Shown in pieces: positions 30,582-41,063 of a stretch of 64,000 bases of DNA; the stretch's first letter is position 1; every line of letters starts with the position of its first letter. This stretch comes from Candidatus Obscuribacterales bacterium (GTDB lineage: Bacteria; Cyanobacteriota; Vampirovibrionia; Obscuribacterales; Obscuribacteraceae). Below the pieces are notes generated by a model. That model worked only from the letters and a program-made list of their open reading frames with translations. It did not search any database and had not been told where the DNA came from. The DNA is taken from assembly GCA_965228855.1 (NCBI GenBank), contig CBDDIJ010000002.1, positions 320,001 to 384,000 on the forward strand, written 5' to 3'. Made by a program: the position numbers and the translations under genes.

Positions 30582-32453
30582 TTAGCTTGCCTTGCGGCGG
30601 CTGCGCGACTTGCTCTTGGTCTTCGCCTTGGTCGTCTTGCCCTTGCGGGGACGGCGGGACTTGCCGACGATGCCTTCGGCGACATCGCCTTCATCCGTGT
30701 CGATATCGATGGTGATATCGGTCGGACCACCGGTCGTGGCGGCAGACTCGACGATGTCGTGGTCGGCGTGAGCCTTGACGATCATCGCCTGGTACTTGCC
30801 GCTGAACAGCGTGGTGTCCGCGGTCTTCATCGCGCGCAGCATGTCGACGAAACGAACCGTGTGCGCCGGCACGAGTGCCAGAGCCGCCAGGTAGAGCTTC
30901 GCGAACGTGGTGACGCCATCCTGGATGGAGCCGCCGCCGTTCACCGTGCCGACGATGATGGCTTCGAGCAGGTCGGCGTGAGCCGCACCCGAAATCTCGC
31001 CATCGTCATGCACTTCGCCGCTCTTGCGCTTCGCCGACTTCTTGTTGCGCTGCTTGCGGATGCCGTTGGGCGGCATCGCGAAAGCGCCGATGATGCGCTG
31101 GTCGGCCTGGATCTTCGCGACAGTGAGTTCGTCGCCGATCTGCTTGCCGTAGAGCGCGCCCCAGAGGTACTGCATCACGAGCTGACCCAGCACGTCGCCG
31201 GTCGACTCGTGCATCGCACCACCTTCATCGCCAGGCAGGTCCTTGCCCGGGCACTGAAGGTACACCACGTGGTGACCGTTCTCGTGCCACTCGACGCCGA
31301 GGTCGAACGCGATGTGCTTGGTCAGACCCCAGCCGCCGCCCGAACCGACACCCATGTGGATCTCGTAGTTCTCCGGGTCGAAGTAGGCGTTGTCCTGGAC
31401 CGCCGGGTCGTCGATGTAGACCTTGATCGGGCGGTCCTGCTTCTTCATGCCCAGCGACTCGAGGAACTCGTACTGAGCCCGCAGAGCCACGTAGGTCACG
31501 ACGGCCGAGAACTTCGAGGACTCCTTCTCGCTGTCGAAGCTGTAGCTGCCGTCAGCCTTCGCCTTGACCTCGACCCACTTGCGCCCCTCCATCACGTACA
31601 GGATGAAGCGATGGTCCTTCAGGACCTTGGGGTCGGGGAGCGACTCGATGAAGTGGTCCTGCACTTGCTGCGGGATCGGCTTCTTCGCGTCCGGGATGGC
31701 GAGAAAGCACTTCACCGGAATGCGGTTGACCGCGTTCTGGATCGGCGAAGCGATGCTGGTGCGGATGAGGCTCTGCTCGTACACGATTTCGCCGTTCTTG
31801 GCGAGAACCAGGTAGAACATCGCGTGCCGCGGCTCCTGCGAGACGAGCTTGACCTCGTAGACGAGGCCGAACTTGCCTTCGTGCTCGGACAGAACCAGTC
31901 GGCTGGTGCCGGTGGCGCTGTCGACGGCGAGCTTCTTCTTGGCGATGTCGACAGCCTGCTCACCGGTCAGCATGACCTTGGGCAGGTTGGCGGGACGACG
32001 ACCGAACTTCACCGTGTTGGTGATGTTCAGCACCTTGCCGGCGCCGTCCATCGAGACGTGCACGTAGCCGCCACGAACGGGAATGTCCTGTTCGCCGATG
32101 CGGACGACCTGCTGCATCTCGACACGGTTGAGCTGGGTGCCGCCGAAGTTGAAGTTGTCCGTCTTGCCGTCGACCAGCGAAACATTGCGCAGACCGAGGG
32201 CCTGCTCGATGGACGGCTGGGCGAGGAAGTTCTTGGCGTGACCGAGCGGGTCGCCGGAGAACGGCAGCGGCAGGATACCCGCCGGCGAGCCGGACATCAG
32301 GGTGCGGACGCGACCATCGCGGCTGTAGGTGGCTTCCACCGAATTGCCGGTCTTGGCGAGACGCGCGACCGCGTTGGTGTAAAAAGACTTGGGCTGCTGG
32401 AACGCATTGCCAGCAACCACCGAACGAACGTTCAGCTGAGGATTCTTACGCAT
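30582..32453 (-). CDS. thermolysin-like (M4/M36) zinc metallopeptidase with FTP/PepSY-like propeptide
   Basis: DNAYF, HENGH (HExxH), GAMHESTGD, EVHDDGEI; AGGAG before ATG 32453. Confidence 0.8.
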   Translation of the reverse strand: MRKNPQLNVRSVVAGNAFQQPKSFYTNAVARLAKTGNSVEATYSRDGRVRTLMSGSPAGILPLPFSGDPLGHAKNFLAQPSIEQALGLRNVSLVDGKTDNFNFGGTQLNRVEMQQVVRIGEQDIPVRGGYVHVSMDGAGKVLNITNTVKFGRRPANLPKVMLTGEQAVDIAKKKLAVDSATGTSRLVLSEHEGKFGLVYEVKLVSQEPRHAMFYLVLAKNGEIVYEQSLIRTSIASPIQNAVNRIPVKCFLAIPDAKKPIPQQVQDHFIESLPDPKVLKDHRFILYVMEGRKWVEVKAKADGSYSFDSEKESSKFSAVVTYVALRAQYEFLESLGMKKQDRPIKVYIDDPAVQDNAYFDPENYEIHMGVGSGGGWGLTKHIAFDLGVEWHENGHHVVYLQCPGKDLPGDEGGAMHESTGDVLGQLVMQYLWGALYGKQIGDELTVAKIQADQRIIGAFAMPPNGIRKQRNKKSAKRKSGEVHDDGEISGAAHADLLEAIIVGTVNGGGSIQDGVTTFAKLYLAALALVPAHTVRFVDMLRAMKTADTTLFSGKYQAMIVKAHADHDIVESAATTGGPTDITIDIDTDEGDVAEGIVGKSRRPRKGKTTKAKTKSKSRSRRKAS

Positions 32454-33424
32454 GTTTAGGCTCCTTTGCGATGGCATACACCCGGAGACATTCCGTGTGC
32501 GTGTCCATCTGGTTAGAAAAAAATCGAGTCTTTTGAACTCAACGGTTAACTCACCGGCCGTCCAATACCAGGGCAGTCAAACATGTGTTCTCCAGCAGAA
32601 TGCGGATGCATTCGATACAAGGCTTTGATTTTGCCGAGCTGCTGAAAAATTTAGTGTTTGAGGTTGCCTTTGATACGTAGTGAAGCCGAATGTATACATA
32701 AGCTATATCTACAGACTTGGCAAAAGCAATGAAAATAGAGAGCCTGGACGCTTCTCAGAAAAAGTGAGATTCGCCCTCATGGGAGGAAACAGAGGCAGGC
32801 ACTGGCATACGCATATTGCGGAGCCTCGCCAACCTTCCTCTTTACAACTAACGCAAGCCAAGCCAGCCGAGAACGCAGATGAAAACAAGCAAACCGGAGG
32901 AGGATATCATGAGACGGAATTCATTCGTTCGCATAACTGCGCTAGCCCAATATCGGTGCCGAAATAGCAGATTTTAGGTTTAAAAACCTAGCGCAAGACA
33001 GTTAAGAATCAGATAAACACCTGGCTGTTTAGTCTTGAAACCATGGCCAGATAAGAGTTTCAGGGTTACCAAAATAAGACCAGGCTAATATAACGTCTGT
33101 TCTACACAAAGCTTGCTTGACAACACCCCTGTTCCATAGGGTGGATGGCGTTCATTCTTCTTTCTTTCGCTTCAGGAAATCGCCTCCCCCGAACCACTAC
33201 CTACGTTTCCAATCACAGCCAACTCAACAAACCCAGAGTCTTCGACTCCGGGGGCTTTATCGCCACAGGCTGCTCGAACGGTTACTGGAAGTTGTTCGCA
33301 GGAGAGGCGGTGTAACAGCGCGACTGCGCTCGTTCCGATCAACCCCTCCACCGTGCTTGTCCGTTCAACCAAGCGCGGTATTCCACCTGCTCGCAAGAGT
33401 GGGAGTAAAGGACAGGTACTTCGA

Positions 33425-34123
33425 ATGAAAAAGCTTGCTCAGAAGTCGGGCTTCACCACTTGCCCGGTCTGCATGATTCTCGGAATCGGACAGGAGCCGT
33501 ACATGGCCTGCCCGACCACCGATGACCGCGTCTACTGCCACGCGTGCAACCACGTCGCCCACCCCGTCGCGCAGATCGCGCACAAGGGCGAAGCGGCCAC
33601 GCTGTGGAAGGCGGTCGAATCTCTCCGCGAGCTGCCCAAGCCGCTCTTCGACCTGGTCGTGGACCTCATGGTTCACAAGGTCGGCGACGACATGACGACG
33701 CTCGAAACGTACTTCCTCGCGTCCGTCGGCTCCAAGGGCCTCGGGTTCTCCAATCCGATGACCGAAGCCGACACGGCGCGCGCTTCTGCTGCGGTGGCGT
33801 GCGGCAATGCCGACGTCCTCATCAGCGAAGCGAACCGCGTGCACATCGCTCTCGCCAACGGCAAGTACGCGTTCTCGACCCTGCGGCTGTCCTACCAGCC
33901 CGAGGACCTCGACGACGCGCTGCGCGCCGATGAAGACCGCACGGACCAGGTCCGCGCCCTGCTGGATCGACTGCCGGAAGCTCAGGCTACCGCCGTCGCC
34001 AAGCTGGCCAAGCGCGGGTTCTCGCTCGGTCACGTCAACATCGACGAGAGCATCAAGCACGTGCACATGCACAAAGGCTCGGCCGGCAAGGGTATCGCCG
34101 CCGAGTTCAGCTGGATCGTCTAA
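33425..34123 (+). CDS. hypothetical protein with N-terminal zinc ribbon
   Basis: CPVC...CHAC; strong C/G-ending codon bias. Confidence 0.65.
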   Translation: MKKLAQKSGFTTCPVCMILGIGQEPYMACPTTDDRVYCHACNHVAHPVAQIAHKGEAATLWKAVESLRELPKPLFDLVVDLMVHKVGDDMTTLETYFLASVGSKGLGFSNPMTEADTARASAAVACGNADVLISEANRVHIALANGKYAFSTLRLSYQPEDLDDALRADEDRTDQVRALLDRLPEAQATAVAKLAKRGFSLGHVNIDESIKHVHMHKGSAGKGIAAEFSWIV

Positions 34124-34325
34124 CCCACTCCTATCGGCTGCGGAGCTATCAAAAGCGGCCATCAACGTAAGGGTAAACCGTCATTCCAAGAACAACGAAC
34201 CTGCGCCAGTGGAGTGTGACGAGCTCCCGAGTGCTGGCCTGGTCTGTCGACTTGTGACGGCTCCTTCACAACGGAACCGGCCCCGTTTCACGACGGGCGC
34301 CGGACTTCCAAGGAGCATATAGGCT

Positions 34326-35021
34326 ATGAAACGCAACTACAAACTTGTGCTGCTCGACCTCTGGAAGACGCTGGTCACCTCGCATTGCGCGGAACCGGTG
34401 TGGACGCTTCAGAAGTCGCTCGGGCACAAACTTTGGACGCCATCGGATGGCGCGCCAGAAGCTTTCGAACCGGACGACGAGTTCCTCCGGTTTTGTCTTA
34501 CGACTCCAATCACCGACCCCGACGAGTTTGTGCGAGAAGCTGGGAAGCGCTTCGGCCGCCCGGTGACTTCGCGCACGCTCGAGGAGTTCGATCGGATCAT
34601 CAAGGGCGAGGCGGGCTGCGTCGCCAGGTTCGAGGACGTCAACGCGACGCTCGTCGGACTGGAGCAGCGCGGCATCGAGAAAGGTGTCCTCAGCAACCTG
34701 TGGCCCTTCCCCGCCCCGCAAATCTTCGATGCTAACGGACTCGGGAAGTTCTTCGACCCGAAGCACCGTTACTACTCGTACGAACTCCGGCATCGCAAGC
34801 CGGAGCCGGAGATCTTCCTTGCAGTGTGCGAACGCGCAGGGGTGAGCCCGGAAGACGTTCTCATGATCGGTGACAACCCCGAGGCAGACGTTGCCGGCGC
34901 TATGGCTGTCGGCATGGACGCTGCCCTCATCGACCGGCCTGGCATGTTCTCAGCGAAGGACATTCCGGAAGGCGCGATTTACCTCCGGACGCTGACGGAC
35001 ATCCTTCCCATCCTCGACTAA
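34326..35021 (+). CDS. HAD-superfamily hydrolase
   Basis: LDLWKTL, LSNLWPFP, RKPEPEIF, MIGDNPEADVAGA. Confidence 0.85.
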   Translation: MKRNYKLVLLDLWKTLVTSHCAEPVWTLQKSLGHKLWTPSDGAPEAFEPDDEFLRFCLTTPITDPDEFVREAGKRFGRPVTSRTLEEFDRIIKGEAGCVARFEDVNATLVGLEQRGIEKGVLSNLWPFPAPQIFDANGLGKFFDPKHRYYSYELRHRKPEPEIFLAVCERAGVSPEDVLMIGDNPEADVAGAMAVGMDAALIDRPGMFSAKDIPEGAIYLRTLTDILPILD

Positions 35022-35180
35022 GGAGATGTGAACGAGCTTCATCTGCGCGTCTCTCAGAGAGGCGTAACAGTGCTCACCTCATTGGCATGACCCCCTGCAA
35101 CACAGGTCAGGTCTTGTCTGTATTCACGCAAGCGGGCGACAGGATCACCCTGCCGTCTGCCAAACTGTTGGAGACTAACA

Positions 35181-36578
35181 ATGAACCTGGAACTTGCTAA
35201 GTCGAGCGGTCACCTGTTCCTCCCGGACTCCGTCTCAGAGTTCATGGGCAAGTGGTCGCGTGCGGCTGCACGTCTCAAGACGCAGCCCAAGTTCTTTCGG
35301 GTCGAGGAGCAGTCCACGGACGCGCTCCGGTGCACGGCCTCTACCGAATCCGATATCGGTGCCGGCCGCCTCTTCGGAGGCGACGGCAACGGTGAGCTGG
35401 TCGCGGCGACGCTGGTCAAGAAGTGCCTCACCACGCCTTCTGCCATCGACAAAGCGATCGGTCTGATCGGCTCGGCTGACGACCGTCACCGGGTGCGCAT
35501 CTCGTACGCTGGTCTCAAGGATCGCTGGGCGGTCACCGCTCAGCGCGTCGTCATCGACGGCGCCAGCTACGCGGACGTCGTTCGGGCGTGCATGCCCGAC
35601 GAGTCGCAACTCGACGACATCGGTATTTTCCTTAAGGACCCGGAGCGCACGAACAAGCGCCTCGCGCGGGGACACCTCGTCGGCAACAACTTCACCATCA
35701 AGGTGATTGTGCCGGGTATGTCGGCAGCTGAGCTGCAGGCGTACGTGGACCCTCGCGTCGCGCACCTCACGCGCGGCGGGCGAATCATCATCCCCAACGC
35801 TTTCGGACGGCAACGTCTGGGCAAGCGCCAGAACCTCTTCGGCGTCGGGCACGACTTCATCGTGCACGGACCCGAGGTGGCGATCAAGCGCTTCCTGACG
35901 GAGACTTCGCCGAACGAGAGCCCCTGGGCCGCGGAGGTCCGCAACCGGCTCCTCTCCGAATGGGAGTCGGCAGAGCAACGGGCGGCCGCCACCGGTGGGT
36001 GCGTCGCCAATCAGATGCTGCACCTGCAGGGCATGCGCCAGATTCTGGAGCAGGGCGGTCACGACCGCGCTGCCTACCGGAAGCTGAACATGACCATCGA
36101 GCACCGGATCGTGTGCCAGCTGCTTCAGACGCTGGATTACGCGAAGACGCTGAAGAATCTCTACGAAGACTTCTCGCTGTGGACGGGCGCAGTGCAGGGC
36201 TTCTGGTTCAACCAGGTCCTTGCGCGCGTGCTCAACGGCGACGTCACGCTCGACAATCAGGACGACCCCGAGGCGCACATCCCGCTCTTCATGGACGAGA
36301 AGCGCGCCATCAACTTCTACCGCAGATACGCGCCGGAGGCGATTCCGCAGCAGATCGACCCGCTGGTGCGCAAGATGTTCCTGACCCCGCAGCGTCCGAA
36401 GGACCGTGGTCCCCGGCGCCCGCTGTTCGTGCCCGTCACGAATCTCGACTACGACGTCGAGGACGGTGCCGTGAACATGCGGTTCCGTCTGCGGAAGGGT
36501 GCATACGCCACCACTTTCCTCGGCATCCTCTTCAACCTCGAAGGGGACCAGGACCCCGTCCCGACCGCCAAGGACTAG
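35181..36578 (+). CDS. truD: TruD/Pus7-family pseudouridine synthase
   Basis: FRVEE, YAGLKDRWAVTAQ (catalytic Asp), GNNFTI, PNAFGRQRLG, FRLRKGAYATT. Confidence 0.8.
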   Translation: MNLELAKSSGHLFLPDSVSEFMGKWSRAAARLKTQPKFFRVEEQSTDALRCTASTESDIGAGRLFGGDGNGELVAATLVKKCLTTPSAIDKAIGLIGSADDRHRVRISYAGLKDRWAVTAQRVVIDGASYADVVRACMPDESQLDDIGIFLKDPERTNKRLARGHLVGNNFTIKVIVPGMSAAELQAYVDPRVAHLTRGGRIIIPNAFGRQRLGKRQNLFGVGHDFIVHGPEVAIKRFLTETSPNESPWAAEVRNRLLSEWESAEQRAAATGGCVANQMLHLQGMRQILEQGGHDRAAYRKLNMTIEHRIVCQLLQTLDYAKTLKNLYEDFSLWTGAVQGFWFNQVLARVLNGDVTLDNQDDPEAHIPLFMDEKRAINFYRRYAPEAIPQQIDPLVRKMFLTPQRPKDRGPRRPLFVPVTNLDYDVEDGAVNMRFRLRKGAYATTFLGILFNLEGDQDPVPTAKD

Positions 36579-36738
36579 TGACTGCAGAAGAAGTGCAACA
36601 CCGTTCGTAGCGGTGAAGCAAAACGCAGGCGGCACCGTGATGAACAGTCGCGGTGCTGCTTGCGGCCGACCCTGGAACGGCATCAGGAACTTCCTGGTGC
36701 CGTTCTTCCCAACAAAATGAGCATCTGGAGTGAATGTG

Positions 36739-36942
36739 ATGAGGAACTTCGCGGAAATCCCCGGCGGCGGCAAGAGCAATCGCTTCCCGACCCGCAAGGA
36801 CGGCAACCAAGACCGTCACGAGGATCACGAAGACAGCTTCTTCAAGGGCGACCGCCAGCAGGACAAGCGCAGGGAGCGTCGTGAATCGCGGCAGCTCATG
36901 CGCAACATCTGCGCCGGCGGCTACGACCCGACCGAGGACTAA
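36739..36942 (+). CDS. small charged hypothetical protein
   Basis: GGAG upstream; same codon bias as neighbours. Confidence 0.5.
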   Translation: MRNFAEIPGGGKSNRFPTRKDGNQDRHEDHEDSFFKGDRQQDKRRERRESRQLMRNICAGGYDPTED

Positions 36943-37053
36943 GCCCCCCCCCCGGGTCCGCCATACCTCACAACTTTAGATAGGAGAACTGCCTAGTTTC
37001 AGGAAACCCCTTAAGCCGACAACGCTTTCGGGGTTTCCGCCTTCCAATCCCAT

Positions 37054-37370
37054 CTACTATATTCCAGCGTATACGTATTTTCGACAGACTCCCACGAGCT
37101 CTGGTTTTCCGAGAACCGTTCCAACTGTTTACTCCCCAAATTGGCAGTTTGTCTACGGCTCGTTGCCGGATTTCGCAAATTCCGGCAATGCCACGTAGAC
37201 ATCGCTCTTAAGCGATATTGATTTCGCAAATTCCGGCAACGAGGCGTAGACAAAGCTCATGAGCGACGCCGATTTCAAGTCGCCTTCTCACGGAAGCTCC
37301 CCCACAGGCAATGGCGGCGAAATCGTCTTCCAGTTTCGCTAGTGCCCCGACAGCCGAAACGCGATAGTAG
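37054..37370. repeat. composite element: CTACTATA, palindrome 37151-37200, extra right half ending 37251, GATAGTAG
   Basis: GTCTAC-GGCTCGT-TGCCGGA-TTTCGCAAAT-TCCGGCA-ATGCCAC-GTAGAC; boxes 97 and 119 bp away. Confidence 0.8.
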
Positions 37371-38072
37371 TTTCACGCACCTTCATGGCACCATCAGCGG
37401 TACCGCCTCCCAGTTACCGCGACTTCCGTACGTGGACTATTGATCTATGTAGTGTTTTGCATGAAGTCGCGGCAGAGCGTGACAACAACGTGACTGATAG
37501 CAGGAGTCGCGCAAGTTCAATTTTTGAAAACCCTGTTTTTGCGCGCACAAAATTTGCGCCAAGACAAATTTCCACAAGCTGGAGAAACATACTGTCACCC
37601 TCAAGAAGCGCTCCAACAGACACGTTTCAACATATGCATATCCGATGCGGAAAGACGCGATACACTCCGTTACGACATAACTTACGAAACTTAGTTTAGA
37701 AGATGAACTCGGAATCGGTAGATTGATTGGTATCAACACATCCCATGTAGTCATCACTTAGACACTCCTCGACCTTTGCCAGATGCAGCCAAACCGTTTC
37801 CGCAGCTCACTTTATTGTGGCTCGGTCGGTCTCGCATCCGGAAGGCAGGCGTGTGATGGGTTGATTGGGTCAAGGCTGCACGACCGGCTTGCCGCTCGCT
37901 GACGGTACCTTGACGCAAATAGCGACTTCCACCGCGACAGGCGAAACCTGCCGCTAAGGAGCTATTTGCAATGAAGAGTCTGGACACGAACTATCATCTA
38001 GACTTTCGTGGCAACAATTGGCCTTCTTTAGCTGTTCATGTGTGCCTGCGCGAGAGCAAAGGTACAACCATT

Positions 38073-38789
38073 ATGAACACGCTCAACAATGCCAATCACG
38101 CCGCTGCCTCTTCCCACAAGAACTCCAAGAAGAGCTTCTCCGTCTATCTCGCTGGCGACCTCTGGACGCACAAGGATCTGATCGGTAATGCTCTTCTCGG
38201 CGACTACATCAAGAAAGTCTCGCGGGGGCGCTATGAATGCGTTCTGCCGCAGGACCTGGAAGAACCCGTCCATCGCACTGTCGACATTCGCAACGTCGAC
38301 CTGAAACACGTAATGATGTGCGATATGGCAATCTTCAACTTCGACGGTTCCAATCTCGATTCCGGAACCGTGGTCGAGTTCATCTACGCCAAGATGATCG
38401 ATGTTCCGTGCGTCATCCTCCGCACCGACTTCCGGGCTTCCGGCGAGGGCGCAGAGGGACAGGATCCGTGGAACCTGATGGCTTCGCACTGGCCGCGTTC
38501 CAAAGTCGTTAAGCTGCACGGCATGGCCGAGTACCAGAGCGCCAAAGCAGGCACTCTGGGCAGAACCATCGAAAAGCTGTACAAGAAGATGTCCAGCCAG
38601 ATCGTCGAAGGTCTCGATGCCGTGAGACAGGAAGCGCCGCTCGTGGCAAATCCGGCTCGCATGGCGATGCTGTACGACTGGGCTATTGAGTGCCCCGGTG
38701 CCGGTTACAGCAACCTCTTTGAGAAAGCGGACCTGCAGCAGCTCCTCGCCGCCAAGATGGCGAAGGGTCTTCTCGCTAAGCATTCGTAG
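38073..38789 (+). CDS. nucleoside 2-deoxyribosyltransferase-family protein
   Basis: VYLAGDLW, LPQD, FDGSNLDSGTVVEFIYA, LRTDFR, WNLM. Confidence 0.8.
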   Translation: MNTLNNANHAAASSHKNSKKSFSVYLAGDLWTHKDLIGNALLGDYIKKVSRGRYECVLPQDLEEPVHRTVDIRNVDLKHVMMCDMAIFNFDGSNLDSGTVVEFIYAKMIDVPCVILRTDFRASGEGAEGQDPWNLMASHWPRSKVVKLHGMAEYQSAKAGTLGRTIEKLYKKMSSQIVEGLDAVRQEAPLVANPARMAMLYDWAIECPGAGYSNLFEKADLQQLLAAKMAKGLLAKHS

Positions 38790-38896
38790 CCAATTCTAGC
38801 GGTTTCGAATCAACAGGTACTTCTAAGTTTTGAAACGCGCTGCCGGCGATCGAAACTACGGTTGCCGGCAGCCATCCCAATTCAAGGGAGGCTCAC

Positions 38897-39712
38897 ATGA
38901 AACAAGCAGAGAGACCGTTACCTGACTGGATGCAGAAGGCAGCAGCTGCCAATGCTCCTTTCAATGAAGAGAACACGCCGCTACTCCGACTATGGAAGGG
39001 CCTGGCCAATAAAGCTCAAGGGTTCGAGACCCTGGTCACCACCATGAAACAGGTTCAGGACCGTATGGCTCTGCTCGATACCGCGCCTCGCCACGACACG
39101 ATTCTAAGCGACGAACTCCTGCGGCAAGTAGCGCACAACAGCTATCACTGGCCGTTGCATGCCGCTCGAAATCGGCTCGAGCACTCACTAACGACAATCG
39201 ATGAAGCTTTCGCCAAGCTTCAGCACGTATTCCGCGGAGATCTGAAAGTCGCCTATTACGATCGCCTGGCACGCCATCGCGCTGAGGCTCAGAATCTGAT
39301 CGAACTGTTTTCAAAAATGCCATTCGACAAGGCTGTACAGCCTTTTACGATCCGGCAGCAAAACATGGCCAACCTCTATCACCAAATCAACGACTTCGTT
39401 GGTATCATCACGCCCCTGCGGCGGAGGTTCAAACCTGGAGAACTGCCCGAGGGAGTCTTAGAGGATCTTAAAGAAGTCGAGGCGGAGATTTATCGTCTAA
39501 GGTCGTCATTCGCGCGCTGGCGCGACAATCCCAGTCAAAAGCTGGGACGCAAGATGGCTGACGCACACGCTCGCTGCCATAAGATGTACATGACCGTCTC
39601 ACGTATCGCGCACAATGCGCGGTACGAATGCCAGCAACTCGGCATGATCTTCTGGGGGCGAGGCGGTCAGATCACCCTCCGGCCGTGGACACCGCCGACG
39701 CCGCTTCTGTAG
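38897..39712 (+). CDS. hypothetical helical protein
   Basis: 271-aa ORF with GGAGG RBS. Confidence 0.6.
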   Translation: MKQAERPLPDWMQKAAAANAPFNEENTPLLRLWKGLANKAQGFETLVTTMKQVQDRMALLDTAPRHDTILSDELLRQVAHNSYHWPLHAARNRLEHSLTTIDEAFAKLQHVFRGDLKVAYYDRLARHRAEAQNLIELFSKMPFDKAVQPFTIRQQNMANLYHQINDFVGIITPLRRRFKPGELPEGVLEDLKEVEAEIYRLRSSFARWRDNPSQKLGRKMADAHARCHKMYMTVSRIAHNARYECQQLGMIFWGRGGQITLRPWTPPTPLL

Positions 39713-39923
39713 AAGATCGTGCAATTTAACAGAAAGTCGCAAAGCAGTGAGCCGACCAACTTCGACCGGTGAACGAATGTATATTCGCTCGCCGCAAAAC
39801 AGAATATCGACACTGCCCGCGGTGTCGATATTTTGAGAAAACATTCACGACGAGCCGGTGTTCATCGCCGACTCGTCATATCGGCTTATCGACCGGCCGC
39901 AACAACGACAATTGGAGTCCAGC

Positions 39924-40571
39924 ATGCCAGCAGTCTATCTGTTCGACCTGTGGCTGACTCTTGTCTTCGGTCTCACGACGGACCCGATCCTGACACTTCA
40001 GGAACAACTCGGGCTCGGAGTGAGAGTGGGTCATGTCACCACCATGAACGACGGCTTCCTGAACACCTGCCTGACGACCAACATTCCCGACGAACGCGAG
40101 TTTCTGCGGAACATCGCGCGAAGGCACGGCATTAAGGTGAACAGGAAGCACCACCGGCAGTTCCGCGAGCTCACCGCTCTGGAACAGCAAAAAGTGACTC
40201 TCTATCCCGAAACGCTCGCCGTCTTGACTGAACTCAAGGCACGCGGCGCGCGCATCGGTCTGATCTCGAATCTCTGGCCGTTCCCAGTGCAACGAGTCTT
40301 CGACGAAATGGGTCTGGCTGTTCACTTCGAACACCGGCTCTACTCATTCGAGGTGGGTAGCCGCAAACCCGATGGTCGCATCTTCCTGGAAGCGTGTCGG
40401 CGTTTCGGCGTCACGCCTGCCGACTGCCTGATGGTGGGCGATAGCTTGAGCTCCGACATCGCCGGCGCCCTGAGCGTTGGCATGCCGGCGGCTTTCGTGA
40501 ACCGCTCCGGCAAGACCGTTTCCAGTCCTCCAGGCGTGAAGCAAATCGTGTCGCTCAACGACTTGCTCTAG
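39924..40571 (+). CDS. HAD-superfamily hydrolase, paralogue of 34326-35021
   Basis: FDLWLTL, ISNLWPFP, RKPDGRIF, MVGDSLSSDIAGA. Confidence 0.85.
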   Translation: MPAVYLFDLWLTLVFGLTTDPILTLQEQLGLGVRVGHVTTMNDGFLNTCLTTNIPDEREFLRNIARRHGIKVNRKHHRQFRELTALEQQKVTLYPETLAVLTELKARGARIGLISNLWPFPVQRVFDEMGLAVHFEHRLYSFEVGSRKPDGRIFLEACRRFGVTPADCLMVGDSLSSDIAGALSVGMPAAFVNRSGKTVSSPPGVKQIVSLNDLL

Positions 40572-40586
40572 GCCAGAAATAGTCCG

Positions 40587-40617
40587 GAAAGAAGGGGCAC
40601 CGCTCGCCCCTTCTTTC
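40587..40617 (+). terminator. hairpin after HAD gene
   Basis: GAAAGAAGGGGC/GCCCCTTCTTTC perfect 12-bp stem. Confidence 0.65.
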
Positions 40618-40652
40618 GGCGAATCGCCCCACTTTCCAATTGCCCAGCCTCT

Positions 40653-40798
40653 CTACGATAGCGAACAGTAGAAACGATTCACGCGTTCCCGCGCCAGCCT
40701 GGCTTTCAGGACACTGGTCTCGAATACTTCCTCAAAATTCTGCTCGTTGTCTATGCCACATTGCCGGAATTCGCAAATTTCGTCAATGCTGCATAGAC
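40653..40798. repeat. CTACGATA box plus 50-bp palindrome (40749-40798)
   Basis: GTCTAT-GCCACAT-TGCCGGA-ATTCGCAAAT-TTCGTCA-ATGCTGC-ATAGAC; box variant 96 bp away. Confidence 0.8.
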
Positions 40799-40962
40799 AT
40801 CGTTCGACTTCCGTCCGCGCTCTGTCGACGGAACACGTCATGCTCCTTACGGTATGGACGATTGACCACTTTCATACCGCGAACGGAAACGGCGCCCCGG
40901 AATTCCTCAGAAGGAATAGGACCTCGCCAACTTTCATATCTCGAAAGGAATACTGAACTTCA

Positions 40963-41063
40963 TTGAATTGAATTGAATTGAATTGAATTGAATCGAATCG
41001 AATTGGACTGAACTGAATTGAACTGAACTGGACTGGACTGGACTGGACTGGACTGGACTGGAC
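40963..41063. repeat. pentanucleotide microsatellite, about 20 units
   Basis: TTGAA units grading through TCGAA/CTGAA into CTGGA units. Confidence 0.95.

Noticed and set aside
36944..36953. C10 homopolymer as a phase-variation tract
   Set aside because: It lies just after a stop codon, outside any ORF or evident promoter.
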